Assembly: GCA_963793305.1 (NCBI GenBank)
Contig: CAWBZV010000002.1
Coordinates: 859,193 to 923,192 of the forward strand
Length of the DNA: 64,000 nt
Direction of reading: 5' to 3'
Origin: an uncultured Gemmatimonadales bacterium
GTDB taxonomy: Bacteria; Gemmatimonadota; Gemmatimonadetes; Gemmatimonadales; Gemmatimonadaceae
A model generated the notes under the pieces. It was not told where the DNA came from. It did not search any database and saw only the letters and a list, made by a program, of their open reading frames with translations. The translations under genes were made by a program, and so were the position numbers. Within the stretch, counting starts at the first letter, position 1. Every line of letters starts with the position of its first letter. Of this stretch, positions 20,743 to 29,648 are shown piece by piece.

Positions 20743-21324
20743 ATGGTACCTCGCAAGGGCAAAGTGGAAGAGGCTCCCATCACAGGAAGAACGATCTGGG
20801 ATGTGGTGTGGGCGCTCCTGGGTCAGCCGATCGTTGGCGGGGTCGCGCTCACGACTGTACTAGTCCTTCTTGTGTTAGTAGTGGCTGGCAAGATCAGTGT
20901 TTCATTGAGCGAGACGGGCCTCCGGCTGTCGCCAGTCGTACCAGCCGACGTGAACGTAGCAGGCTCTTGGGCCGCCGACGCGAAAGACGAGGAGGATGCG
21001 AATCATACAATCGTAGCCCGCTACTCGTATGCGATCCAAGCGACACTCTCACAGAGTGGATCGGAGGTGACGTTTACAGGGCGGTATCGGATCAAGGAGG
21101 ACCCCGGTGCGGCAGAGCGAACGGTTTCGGGGCACGGCACGTTGAACGGAGGCTATCTGTCGTTGCCATATGACATATCGACGCAATCGCAACCAGTAGA
21201 GACGACGCACGGGGTCCTTTTCATTCATTTTCAGCCGTCGGGTACAAGCGCCACGGGCTACTATCTTGCGCGAAGTATGAAGGACGACGGCTTCGTGTTT
21301 GGCTCGATGTCGCTACGACGGTGA
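20743..21324 (+). CDS. membrane-anchored beta-barrel protein, Cap15/SMODS-associated beta-rich effector-like
   Basis: hydrophobic N-terminus, then NVAGSW...LSQSG...LPYD...THGV...TGYYLAR...GSMSLRR pattern. Confidence 0.5.
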   Translation: MVPRKGKVEEAPITGRTIWDVVWALLGQPIVGGVALTTVLVLLVLVVAGKISVSLSETGLRLSPVVPADVNVAGSWAADAKDEEDANHTIVARYSYAIQATLSQSGSEVTFTGRYRIKEDPGAAERTVSGHGTLNGGYLSLPYDISTQSQPVETTHGVLFIHFQPSGTSATGYYLARSMKDDGFVFGSMSLRR

Positions 21325-21327
21325 TTT

Positions 21328-21474
21328 GGGGCACGGAGCGGCTGCAAGGAGCGAAGCGACTTGCAGGCGCGGAGTGCCCCGCCTCGCTGCCGCTCGCGAC
21401 TGCGAGGCCCGCGTCCGAAGGACGGGGGCCGGCCGCCGCTGACTGAACGCGCAAAATGGGAGGTGGCTGCTCCA
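21328..21474 (+). repeat. 147-bp structured direct repeat, copy 2
   Basis: starts 3 bp after the stop codon of 20743..21324. Confidence 0.95.
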
Positions 21475-21602
21475 CCTGCGCGTCAGGTCCCATGCGAGTC
21501 GTCGGACCGCGATTCGGCGCACTCCATTTCAGGTCCTATAGACCGATCGGCGCATAGCTCCGTCAGAACCCAGTATGCACACCTCTCTGGGTTCTCACTG
21601 AT

Positions 21603-23444
21603 ATGGCGCCTCCAGCTGTCGATACGCTCGAGGAGCGCCAGCTCTGGCTGCTGTTTGCGGCCGACGTAGTCTTTGCGGCGGGATGCGCGACGCAGTATTT
21701 CGCGTGGCGCTTGGAGTTTCACAGGAACCTTGGACATTGGCTGTTCGAGGCAACGCCGGATCAACGACATGCGCTGATCGCGTTGGCGGTCGCACTCGGG
21801 TTAGGCGCAGCCGCTACCCTGGCATCTGGCCGATGGTGGCGCGCTGCCCCCGCCTGCGCGTTGCTCGCAGTCGGTTGTGCTCTCGCCGGCCTCACCCCGA
21901 TCTATCCGCCGTACAACGTGGTCCTGTGGACTGTCGCGTATCACCGACACGCCCGACTGATCCCGATTGTGCGCCAGTCGCTAAGTGTGCTCGCGGCGTG
22001 CGCTGTCGCGGCGATCGGAGCAACCTTCGGCGTACGTCGAGGGCGGCGACCGAAATCGGTGTCGGACTCTTACGGCACGGCGCGGTGGGGTGACAGCGGC
22101 GACCTCGTACGCGAAGAGGGCCTGTGCATTGGGCGCGATGCGCGAGGCCGAGTGCTACGGTACTCCGGTGACGGACACCTAGTAACGATTGCTCCGACGC
22201 GGTCAGGCAAGGGCGTAGGCATCGTCATCCCGAACTTGCTCACGTACCCAGGACCGATCGTCGTCACCGATCCAAAAGGCGAGAACTACGCGGTCACAGG
22301 AGCTCGTCGCCGCACGATGGGCGTGCCGGTACACGCGTTCGACCCTTTCGACGTTGCCGGCGGTCGCGCGGGCTTCAACCCGCTTGATCTCATCAAGGCG
22401 GATGCGGACGAGGCCAACGACGAGTCCTGGGGCATCGCCGATATGTTAGTGGTTTCTGACGATCGAGGGCAGGAGCAAGCATTCTGGGACCGAGAGGCGA
22501 AGGCCATGCTCGCGGGGTTGGTCCTGTACGTGGTCGCGCACGAGGAGGGACCACAGCGTACGCTGGCCAGGGTTCGCGCCCTGCTGTCAACCACGCCTGA
22601 GCAGTTCGAAGGCTTGCTCAAAGACATGACGTCGAGCTCCGCGGCGCACGGCCTTGTCGCTCGGCACGCGAACCAGATGCTGAGCATGGAGACGAGACTC
22701 CTGTCCAACGTGATAACGGCGGCGCGCAGTCATGTGCACTTTCTTGATAGCCCGGCGATCGCCAAGATCACTGGAACGTCGACTGTCGATCTGCGCTCCA
22801 TTGTGAATGAGCGGGCGAGCGTCTATTTGATCGTGCCGCCGGAGCGCATACAGACACATTGCGCCTGGCTGCGCCTGATGATCGCCTCGGCCCTGCGGTG
22901 CGCGATGAGCTCAAGGCGGCGGCCCGAGGTTCGCCCACTCTTCTTGCTCGACGAATTCGCGAACCTTGGACGCATGACGCCCGTTGAAGATGCGATCTCG
23001 CTCGCTGCCGGATACGGCATCACGTTCTGGCTGCTGGTTCAGGATCTTGGGCAGCTGCGCCACGCGTACGGTGACGGTGCGTCGTCATTTCTGTCGAACT
23101 CCGATGTCCTTCAGGCGTTCGGCGTGACCGACTTCGCGACGGCTGAGCATCTCTCGCGGCTCGCCGGCGAGCAGACGGTTATTGCAACCAGCGAGAGCCG
23201 CAGCTCAGGCGTGACGCGAGGCCGGAGCGGAAGCTCGCAGGAAGGGGCAGGGGAGACGGTGTCCGAGCATGCGCGGCGGTTGATCACGGCCGACGAGGTG
23301 CGGCGAATGCCGGCTTGGGAGCAGCTGCTGTTCCTGCGTTCACGCGCGCCGATCAAGGTCGCGCGATTGGACTACAGGCTAGACCGGGAGTTCGCGGGGT
23401 TGGCGGCACCGAATCCGCTCTTTCGACCAAGTCCACAGAGCTAA
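21603..23444 (+). CDS. virD4: type IV coupling protein VirD4/TraG family
   Basis: N-terminal TMs, YGTARW, APTRSGKG, TDPKGE, LLDEFANLG and QDLGQL motifs. Confidence 0.92.
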   Translation: MAPPAVDTLEERQLWLLFAADVVFAAGCATQYFAWRLEFHRNLGHWLFEATPDQRHALIALAVALGLGAAATLASGRWWRAAPACALLAVGCALAGLTPIYPPYNVVLWTVAYHRHARLIPIVRQSLSVLAACAVAAIGATFGVRRGRRPKSVSDSYGTARWGDSGDLVREEGLCIGRDARGRVLRYSGDGHLVTIAPTRSGKGVGIVIPNLLTYPGPIVVTDPKGENYAVTGARRRTMGVPVHAFDPFDVAGGRAGFNPLDLIKADADEANDESWGIADMLVVSDDRGQEQAFWDREAKAMLAGLVLYVVAHEEGPQRTLARVRALLSTTPEQFEGLLKDMTSSSAAHGLVARHANQMLSMETRLLSNVITAARSHVHFLDSPAIAKITGTSTVDLRSIVNERASVYLIVPPERIQTHCAWLRLMIASALRCAMSSRRRPEVRPLFLLDEFANLGRMTPVEDAISLAAGYGITFWLLVQDLGQLRHAYGDGASSFLSNSDVLQAFGVTDFATAEHLSRLAGEQTVIATSESRSSGVTRGRSGSSQEGAGETVSEHARRLITADEVRRMPAWEQLLFLRSRAPIKVARLDYRLDREFAGLAAPNPLFRPSPQS

Positions 23445-23491
23445 CCTGACAGCGGCGCTTAAGCTCGGTGCCGAAACATGGTTTTTGTCTG

Positions 23492-24382
23492 CTACTGCTT
23501 TATACCCAGCCGGAATAAGAGAATTGCCACCAGTACGGCAGCTGCAAAGCCGAGCAGCGTCTTCACCCATTCTTCTCGAAGTGACGATTTGGTTTGCTCC
23601 CAGATCGTTGGTGCCGCGCCTTTAGTGCAGAACAGGTCGTACCCGAGCTTGTGCACAATGCCTGCGGGCGAATGAGGATCGCTGGATGAGCCAAGCCAAT
23701 CCTTCTTAAGCACGGCGACGAGATCCAGAGCTTCGTGCTCGACACCATTCCGACGGGCGATATCTCGGCAGTACGAGCAGAGAAACGCCTGTAAGGCTTT
23801 GTAGCGCACATTGACCAGCCTGTCATTAAAGTCTCCGACGCACCCTTTGGTGCCGATGTGTGACTGTCCTCCCTCATTCCGTGGAGAGATGACAAATAGG
23901 GCATCGCGGATCAGGAGGGTCAGGATGAATTCCAAGAGCGATGGTGGCGCCATATAACGCTGCCAATCACCGAGAAATATTCCCGTGACCGCTCCGATGT
24001 TCGCGAGGTAATACTGATTCGAGAGTTTCGCTAAGGACACGATGACGATATGCGGAGGCCAAGTTTCTGAAAGGTCGTACTGAGCGTTGATTTCATCGCG
24101 GGCTTTTCTCAGACGCAGCACGAGGCCGACCATGTCTTGTTCACATGATGACCACTCAATGCGGGCGTTGGGCTTGAGTCGAGCGACGAGGGGATCGTTC
24201 GTGGCATCAAGAAGTTCGAACTCCACATGAGGCTGGAGCGTATTGAGATGCAGAATCAGATATTCAAGCGCAGCCACGCGCAGGCGTCCCAAATCAGCGA
24301 GCACCACTCCGATGCGGGCAGGTGTGCGCATGCCGGAGGAGGCGTGAGGATCCCGAGGAATATCGTACTGCACCGTGGTCAT
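23492..24382 (-). CDS. hypothetical protein with Cys/His cluster and C-terminal TM
   Basis: SHIGTKGCVGDF...FLCSYC resembles the zincin/archaemetzincin Cys cluster but there is no HExxH. Confidence 0.55.
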   Translation of the reverse strand: MTTVQYDIPRDPHASSGMRTPARIGVVLADLGRLRVAALEYLILHLNTLQPHVEFELLDATNDPLVARLKPNARIEWSSCEQDMVGLVLRLRKARDEINAQYDLSETWPPHIVIVSLAKLSNQYYLANIGAVTGIFLGDWQRYMAPPSLLEFILTLLIRDALFVISPRNEGGQSHIGTKGCVGDFNDRLVNVRYKALQAFLCSYCRDIARRNGVEHEALDLVAVLKKDWLGSSSDPHSPAGIVHKLGYDLFCTKGAAPTIWEQTKSSLREEWVKTLLGFAAAVLVAILLFRLGIKQ

Positions 24383-24572
24383 ATCAGCTCTCTCTTAAGT
24401 TGCGAATGAGCGGTGGGCGCTTTAGGGCCCGGAATCTTGCGGGCAATAGAAAACGCGCACTCGTGGTCCCTGGTCGAGACCCCATAGTGCACGGGGAGAT
24501 GCGCTAAGGCAACGACGATCACATCGACAGCCGAAAAGGTCTGGTGGCTATCGGCCGTATGTGGTGAGATGG

Positions 24573-25931
24573 CTATCGTTCGCGATCGCCGAGCGTGTCG
24601 CCCATAGCGCGACCGATCTCCTTAATTGGCAGAGGAATCGTCTGCGTCAGACTCCGGGCCGGAGACTCGGGAGAGAGACGGGTTACGAGCTCGCTGGTTC
24701 TTTCGCGTAACGTCGCGATCCCATTGCGCACGGCGTCTACGGAGGCATCTGGTTGAAGATCCAGTAGGTCCCGGACTTGACGCCTGTGGCCGAGCCACTC
24801 GCGCGCCAGGCTCGCAGCCTCAGTGGCGGCGGTGCGCGCGGGCGTGTCGTCTCTCGTGCTCCACAGGCCAAAGAGGTGCTTACGCTCGGCCTGCACCAAT
24901 GTCCCGAACTGCTCGGGGTGACCGCGCAACGTATCAACGGCCCGCTCATCGCCATGCTCGGCGGCGTGGCCTGAGAATGCGAGGGCGGCCGATTGTGAGT
25001 CAACGTACGTGTCGCCCAACGCCCGGCCGACGTTTGCGGCGCTGCGCTCAGCGCGCTGAAGGGCCCATTCCGCGTGACGTAGGCGTTGCTTGGCCCCGTC
25101 GATCTCTCGCTCGACTTCAAAGGGTGACCGGCTGGGCTCCTTGTCCTTCGACAACTCCGGTGAGACTTCCGCGGTGTAGGGGCCAAGTCGGGATTCGAGT
25201 CGAGAGAGGGAGACATTGGCCGCCAGGCTCGAGGCTTTCGTTCGAGATGTCCCGTCGCTGAGCACCAGACCGTGAGCCCGGCGCTCCAACTCGAGCCCGT
25301 GTGCGCGAAGGTGGTCGCGCAGCTCGCCCCACGACTGGGCGGAACGAATTTCCGGCAGTAGTGAGCGAAGGCGCGTTGCGAGGTCGCGATCTGTGGCTGT
25401 TCGATCGTGAGATTGCTCCCTCGCCTGTGCGAGCGGGACGGCGCGATCAGCCAGGCGTTGGTCGCGCTCGACGACCCGGCGGAGGCCGAATTCGACTTCG
25501 ACCTCCGCCAAGACCCGATCCAGGACCGCGCGATCCTGCCAACGATCCCAAGCCGCGAAGGTCTCGGGGTGGATCCGGTTCACGAGAGCATGGACGTGCT
25601 GATGCTCGCGATCGTGATGCGCGACTAGTACCGTTTGGTGTTCGGCCAATCCGAGCTCCGACAGGACCCGGTCGGCAACCTGCTCCATCAGCTCCCGCGT
25701 CGGGTTGTCCTCCGGAGCGAAGCTGAGACTGAGTTGGTAGGCGGGAGCGTCGACGCGACGATTCTGGCCCGCCGTAGCTTGCATCAGATCCGCGGAGAGG
25801 TGCGGGTCATCCGTGACGAGGTTCCGCGATGAGGTCCAGGCAACGCGGGCCGGGTCGACTCCACGCTCTCTTCCCGCCAGGTACCTCGCGATGCGTGCGA
25901 ATGATCGCCCGGTCCTTGTCCTGGCGATCAC
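24573..25931 (-). CDS. relaxase, MOB_P/VirD2-like
   Basis: N-terminal Tyr (IARYL), YQLSLSF and HHDREHQHVH HUH motif. Confidence 0.92.
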   Translation of the reverse strand: MIARTRTGRSFARIARYLAGRERGVDPARVAWTSSRNLVTDDPHLSADLMQATAGQNRRVDAPAYQLSLSFAPEDNPTRELMEQVADRVLSELGLAEHQTVLVAHHDREHQHVHALVNRIHPETFAAWDRWQDRAVLDRVLAEVEVEFGLRRVVERDQRLADRAVPLAQAREQSHDRTATDRDLATRLRSLLPEIRSAQSWGELRDHLRAHGLELERRAHGLVLSDGTSRTKASSLAANVSLSRLESRLGPYTAEVSPELSKDKEPSRSPFEVEREIDGAKQRLRHAEWALQRAERSAANVGRALGDTYVDSQSAALAFSGHAAEHGDERAVDTLRGHPEQFGTLVQAERKHLFGLWSTRDDTPARTAATEAASLAREWLGHRRQVRDLLDLQPDASVDAVRNGIATLRERTSELVTRLSPESPARSLTQTIPLPIKEIGRAMGDTLGDRER

Positions 25932-26245
25932 GAACTACGGTGCTCAGTCGTGAGCTGCTGAAGAACGGATACCAGTTCGCCGAGGACGCGCTCGGCGCGC
26001 AGCCGGGTTGCGGAATCAGCCCCGGAGCGGGCAATTGCCTTGAGGTCAGCGCCAATCGCTCCGAGCGAGTGCAGCAGCTCCGGGCTTGCAAGGTTGCAAG
26101 GGGCCGGTGGCGCCGCGCCCGTTAGGCCGGCATTCCGTAAGTAGCGCGCCGGCAGCTGCCCGGCGGCTTTGGCGCGCTGCTCAATCTCCGTGAATTCCTC
26201 GGGCGTGAGGCGAACCAGCTTGGAACGCGTACGGCGGGCGGGCAA
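25928..26245 (-). CDS. mobC: mobilization accessory protein MobC (RHH)
   Basis: VRLTPEEF...RYLR and LGAIGADLKAIAR (variant of IGNNLNQIAR); overlaps the relaxase start. Confidence 0.8.
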   Translation of the reverse strand: MPARRTRSKLVRLTPEEFTEIEQRAKAAGQLPARYLRNAGLTGAAPPAPCNLASPELLHSLGAIGADLKAIARSGADSATRLRAERVLGELVSVLQQLTTEHRSS

Positions 26246-26290
26246 TCGACTCTCCTGGCGACGTTGACAGTACGGCGGCGGGAGTACAGA

Positions 26291-26298
26291 TATCCCGT
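26291..26298 (+). promoter_or_regulatory. candidate oriT nic site
   Basis: TATCCCGT resembles the IncP-type nic YATCCTG/Y (one mismatch), about 45 bp upstream of mobC; short match only. Confidence 0.3.
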
Positions 26299-26530
26299 CG
26301 GGTTACTTCCCCGATCGCGACCGATATCCGATCACTACCTTGGTTGCTGGTTGCGAGGGGAAGCGTGGCAGGAGAGAGACGGCGCGGATATACGGGCGGT
26401 CTACGAAGGCCATCACGGGTGACTCAGACGTTAGAGATGTGACGCATTCTGTCAGAACCATGCCCTTTGCGAGTGCGGCCAATGGGCATATCGTTGCGCG
26501 CAACTATACGCGCCGCCTGCGATTGGAAGG

Positions 26531-27563
26531 GTGATTTTGTTGACTATCACAATCCCGTACGAGCGCGTTGTCGCTGAGTTCTACGCGGCCAAGCCGCCGC
26601 ACATTTTACTCGGCAACGGTTTTAGCCGTGCTTGTCGCGATGATATTTTCGACTACGGTGCGCTGTTTGATCGGGCGGACTTCTCGAGCCTCTCACCAAG
26701 CGCGAGAAGTTCCTTCGATGCACTTACGACGACTGATTTTGAAGTAGTGATGCGAGCACTGCGAAATGCTTCGGCACTAGTACGTCTGTACTCACGAGAG
26801 TCCACAACTCTGATCTCGCAGCTCGAGGAGGACGCGAACGGACTTCGGGAGGTCTTGGTCAAGGCCATTGCCGAGAGTCATCCGGAGCAGCCAGCTGAGG
26901 TTGCTGACGAGGCGTACTCAGCTTGTCGCCGGTTTCTAGTGCCCTTTAAGCACATTCTATACTCTGAATTATGACTTGTTGCTTTACTGGGCGTTGATGC
27001 ACAACGACGTTGACCCTGCAATCAAGTTTGACGATGGATTCCGGACTCCAACTGGCGGGCCGCAGGAGTACGTCACTTGGGACATTGAGAACACAAATCG
27101 GCAGACGCTCTTCTACCTCCATGGCGCGCTGCATCTCTTCGACGGCGGGGATGAGTTGCAGAAGTACACCTGGATCAACACCGGAGTGCGGTTGATAGAA
27201 CAGGTCCGTCGTGCGCTAGCAGCGAACCTATACCCTTTGTTCGTGGCGGAAGGAGAGAGCGCCCAAAAAATGGATCGTATCAGACACAGCGATTTCTTGT
27301 CTCGCAGTCTACGAAGTTTCGCTAACATCTCAGGCACGCTCGTAGTATACGGCCACTCGTTCGCGCCCAACGACGAGCACGTCATAAGGCTGATCGAAAG
27401 GGGTAAGGTGGCGACGATACTCGTCAGTCTGTACGGCGACCCCGACTCATCGGACAATAGGGCCATTGTCGCGCGAGTGAATCGCATGCAAGCTGCCAGA
27501 CATCGAAGTCGGCCGCTTGAAACCGTCTTTTTTGATGCCGCCACGGCCAAAGTGTGGGGATAG
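26531..27563 (+). CDS. DUF4917 family protein (SIR2-like fold; frameshift near 26960)
   Basis: LLGNGFS, TLNYDLLLYW across the frameshift, YLHGALH and YGHSF..ND.H motifs. Confidence 0.85.
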
Positions 27564-27666
27564 ATGGCGGGTTGGGCAGGCGAAGTAGCCGCACAAATGA
27601 GCACAAGGGTGCCCGTGTGAATCAATCCAACCAGCTTCATTAAGCTCTGCAAATTGACGAAGGATC

Positions 27667-28317
27667 ATGACTCTCATTGTAGCCAAGTTGGTCGGAGACG
27701 ATTATCTCATCGCCGGCGCGGACTCCCGCCTGACGAGCGGGGATGGCAATTCCAACCGTGACGGGGTTGTCAAGCTTTTCCTCGTAGGAGCGCAGCCGGA
27801 TCAGTTTGCGATTACGGCTCGTGGTGACTTCGTGAGCTTCTTGCCGAGCTGGACGTCAACATCACTCAATATTGGTGGGTGGCTGGCCGAATGGACGGGG
27901 CGAATGAGAGACGACCATCGTTCAATGGATATGCAGCTCGCAGTGCTTCAATCGGAGTTGGCGGTACCGCTTGCCAATGCAGAGTCCAAACGTTGTGGCG
28001 AGTTGATCGCGCTGGGATGGGTGTCTGGCGGACTGCAGGCAAGAGTCGTGCAGGTCAGACAGCATAGCGACGGGCCACCAGAATTCGTAGTGCAACCAAG
28101 TCCAGGCTTGACCAGAGGGTGTGTGTGCAAGTGGCCTCCGACTCAAGCGATCTTATGCGAGGCGGAAGGCACGATTATCGACGTGACCACCATGCGAGGG
28201 TATATCGCGAAGCAAGCGCGATCAGATCGCACAGGCCTCATAAGCCAGGATCCACAACAAACGACGGTTGTGGAGTTGTGGCCTGGCCGTAGTGTCTTTC
28301 ACGATCTGAGCCTCTGA
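27667..28317 (+). CDS. Ntn-hydrolase / proteasome-beta-like protein
   Basis: M-T-LIVA start (putative Thr1 nucleophile), AGADSRLT, and Lys in VVKLF. Confidence 0.55.
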   Translation: MTLIVAKLVGDDYLIAGADSRLTSGDGNSNRDGVVKLFLVGAQPDQFAITARGDFVSFLPSWTSTSLNIGGWLAEWTGRMRDDHRSMDMQLAVLQSELAVPLANAESKRCGELIALGWVSGGLQARVVQVRQHSDGPPEFVVQPSPGLTRGCVCKWPPTQAILCEAEGTIIDVTTMRGYIAKQARSDRTGLISQDPQQTTVVELWPGRSVFHDLSL

Positions 28318-28376
28318 TGTTAAGCCAACTGGGGGACAGTCCATTGCAGAGTCCCAGGTAGTCTGAGTGCCTCACC

Positions 28377-29648
28377 GTGCGGTACAAGAGATGGTGCAAG
28401 GCTTTTGCTTCAGGACGGCTCTTCTCGACGCCTCGCCGGAAGTCGCGACACGAGGATGGTGCAGTAGGGATTTTGCAGATATGGCCGAAGCCTAGTCCTG
28501 GCCACTGGTTCGGACCCTGGCAGACGACGTTACACTTCCACACGGGGCTTACTCTTAGGGAACTCAATTTGGAGCGGCTTGCCACGGTGCCAGGTGAAGT
28601 TCTATCGCAATCGAGAATGGAAGACGCTGAATGGGATCGGGCCGTTCTTGGTGAGAGCTTTGAACTATATGAGCGGCTCATGCGTGGCGAGGTGCCCAAA
28701 CGGCTCGAGGTGCCGGAGCTCTCGCCGCTTCCGCAGATCCTGCTCGCTAACGCAATCGGCAACGTTGACATGCCGATCACGAGCAATCTTCACACGATCG
28801 GTAGGGCGTCGAGCGGCGCAAACTCCATTCTGTCAACTGCCATTGGCCGGTATCGGGGCGAGGAACAACTACCCATCCCTTGGCTCACGCACGCTCCCGA
28901 GTCTTCATGGGCGATTGTGAATGCCCTTTATTTGGCTCAACTGACAGCGCGTTTTGATGATAGTGTTTCCGTACTGCTGCACTTCGCGAATGCCACAGGT
29001 ACTCTGTCGTCTCTGCAACGTCAGCAGTTGAATGGCCTTCTGTTTCATCCCCTCCAGAATGCAGATCAACATGGTCGGCATGCGGATCCGAAGCGTACAT
29101 TCGCCGGCGTATCCGCGCGGATAGTTAGCGGTCCTGAGCCTGAGACGCCGAGTATCACGGAATACCTAGCAGCGTTGGACGCGACGTGGCCGGCTCGACC
29201 TCATAGTCGGCGCGAGATGCTTGAGCTAATCGTACATGACAATGGACTGGGCATCGCGGCGCATTTCTACAACGCCACGCGTAAGCCCGGAGACCCTGAT
29301 TTCAACGATCTGTCTCTTTTCGGTGAATGGCAACGGCTGAATAACGCCTTCGAAAGACATCAGACGAGTAAGCGGGTGACCTTCCGCAGAGCGACTGGAA
29401 CGCTGGCGATGCCTGGGGTAGGCCTGGCCGGATTGCTCAACGCCACGAAGCAGCTGCGGGCATTTCTTGAACTTCGAACTGGCCGGCTGCGCGCATTTCA
29501 GTGGTACCGAGCCGATGATGTGATCGCTGACCGGAACCTGCTCCGCCCGGACGGACTTCCGGCGGCAGCGCCCCGGCTTGTCGGAACCATTTTCCGCTTC
29601 TTTGTGCCGCTTTATGGTCCCAGCGATGCGGTTAGGTCCGTGGAGTGA
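28377..29648 (+). CDS. GHKL / histidine-kinase-like ATPase (start uncertain)
   Basis: N-box LQNADQHG, G1 VHDNGLGI, F-box AFERHQTSK, G2 PGVGL; no HisKA or sensor domain evident. Confidence 0.75.
   Translation: MRYKRWCKAFASGRLFSTPRRKSRHEDGAVGILQIWPKPSPGHWFGPWQTTLHFHTGLTLRELNLERLATVPGEVLSQSRMEDAEWDRAVLGESFELYERLMRGEVPKRLEVPELSPLPQILLANAIGNVDMPITSNLHTIGRASSGANSILSTAIGRYRGEEQLPIPWLTHAPESSWAIVNALYLAQLTARFDDSVSVLLHFANATGTLSSLQRQQLNGLLFHPLQNADQHGRHADPKRTFAGVSARIVSGPEPETPSITEYLAALDATWPARPHSRREMLELIVHDNGLGIAAHFYNATRKPGDPDFNDLSLFGEWQRLNNAFERHQTSKRVTFRRATGTLAMPGVGLAGLLNATKQLRAFLELRTGRLRAFQWYRADDVIADRNLLRPDGLPAAAPRLVGTIFRFFVPLYGPSDAVRSVE

Noticed and set aside
18635..21474. Repeats as a CRISPR array, retron ncRNA or integron attC sites
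   Set aside because: There are only two long copies with no spacers or cas genes, no reverse transcriptase in the window, and no clear RYYYAAC/GTTRRRY ends or IntI.
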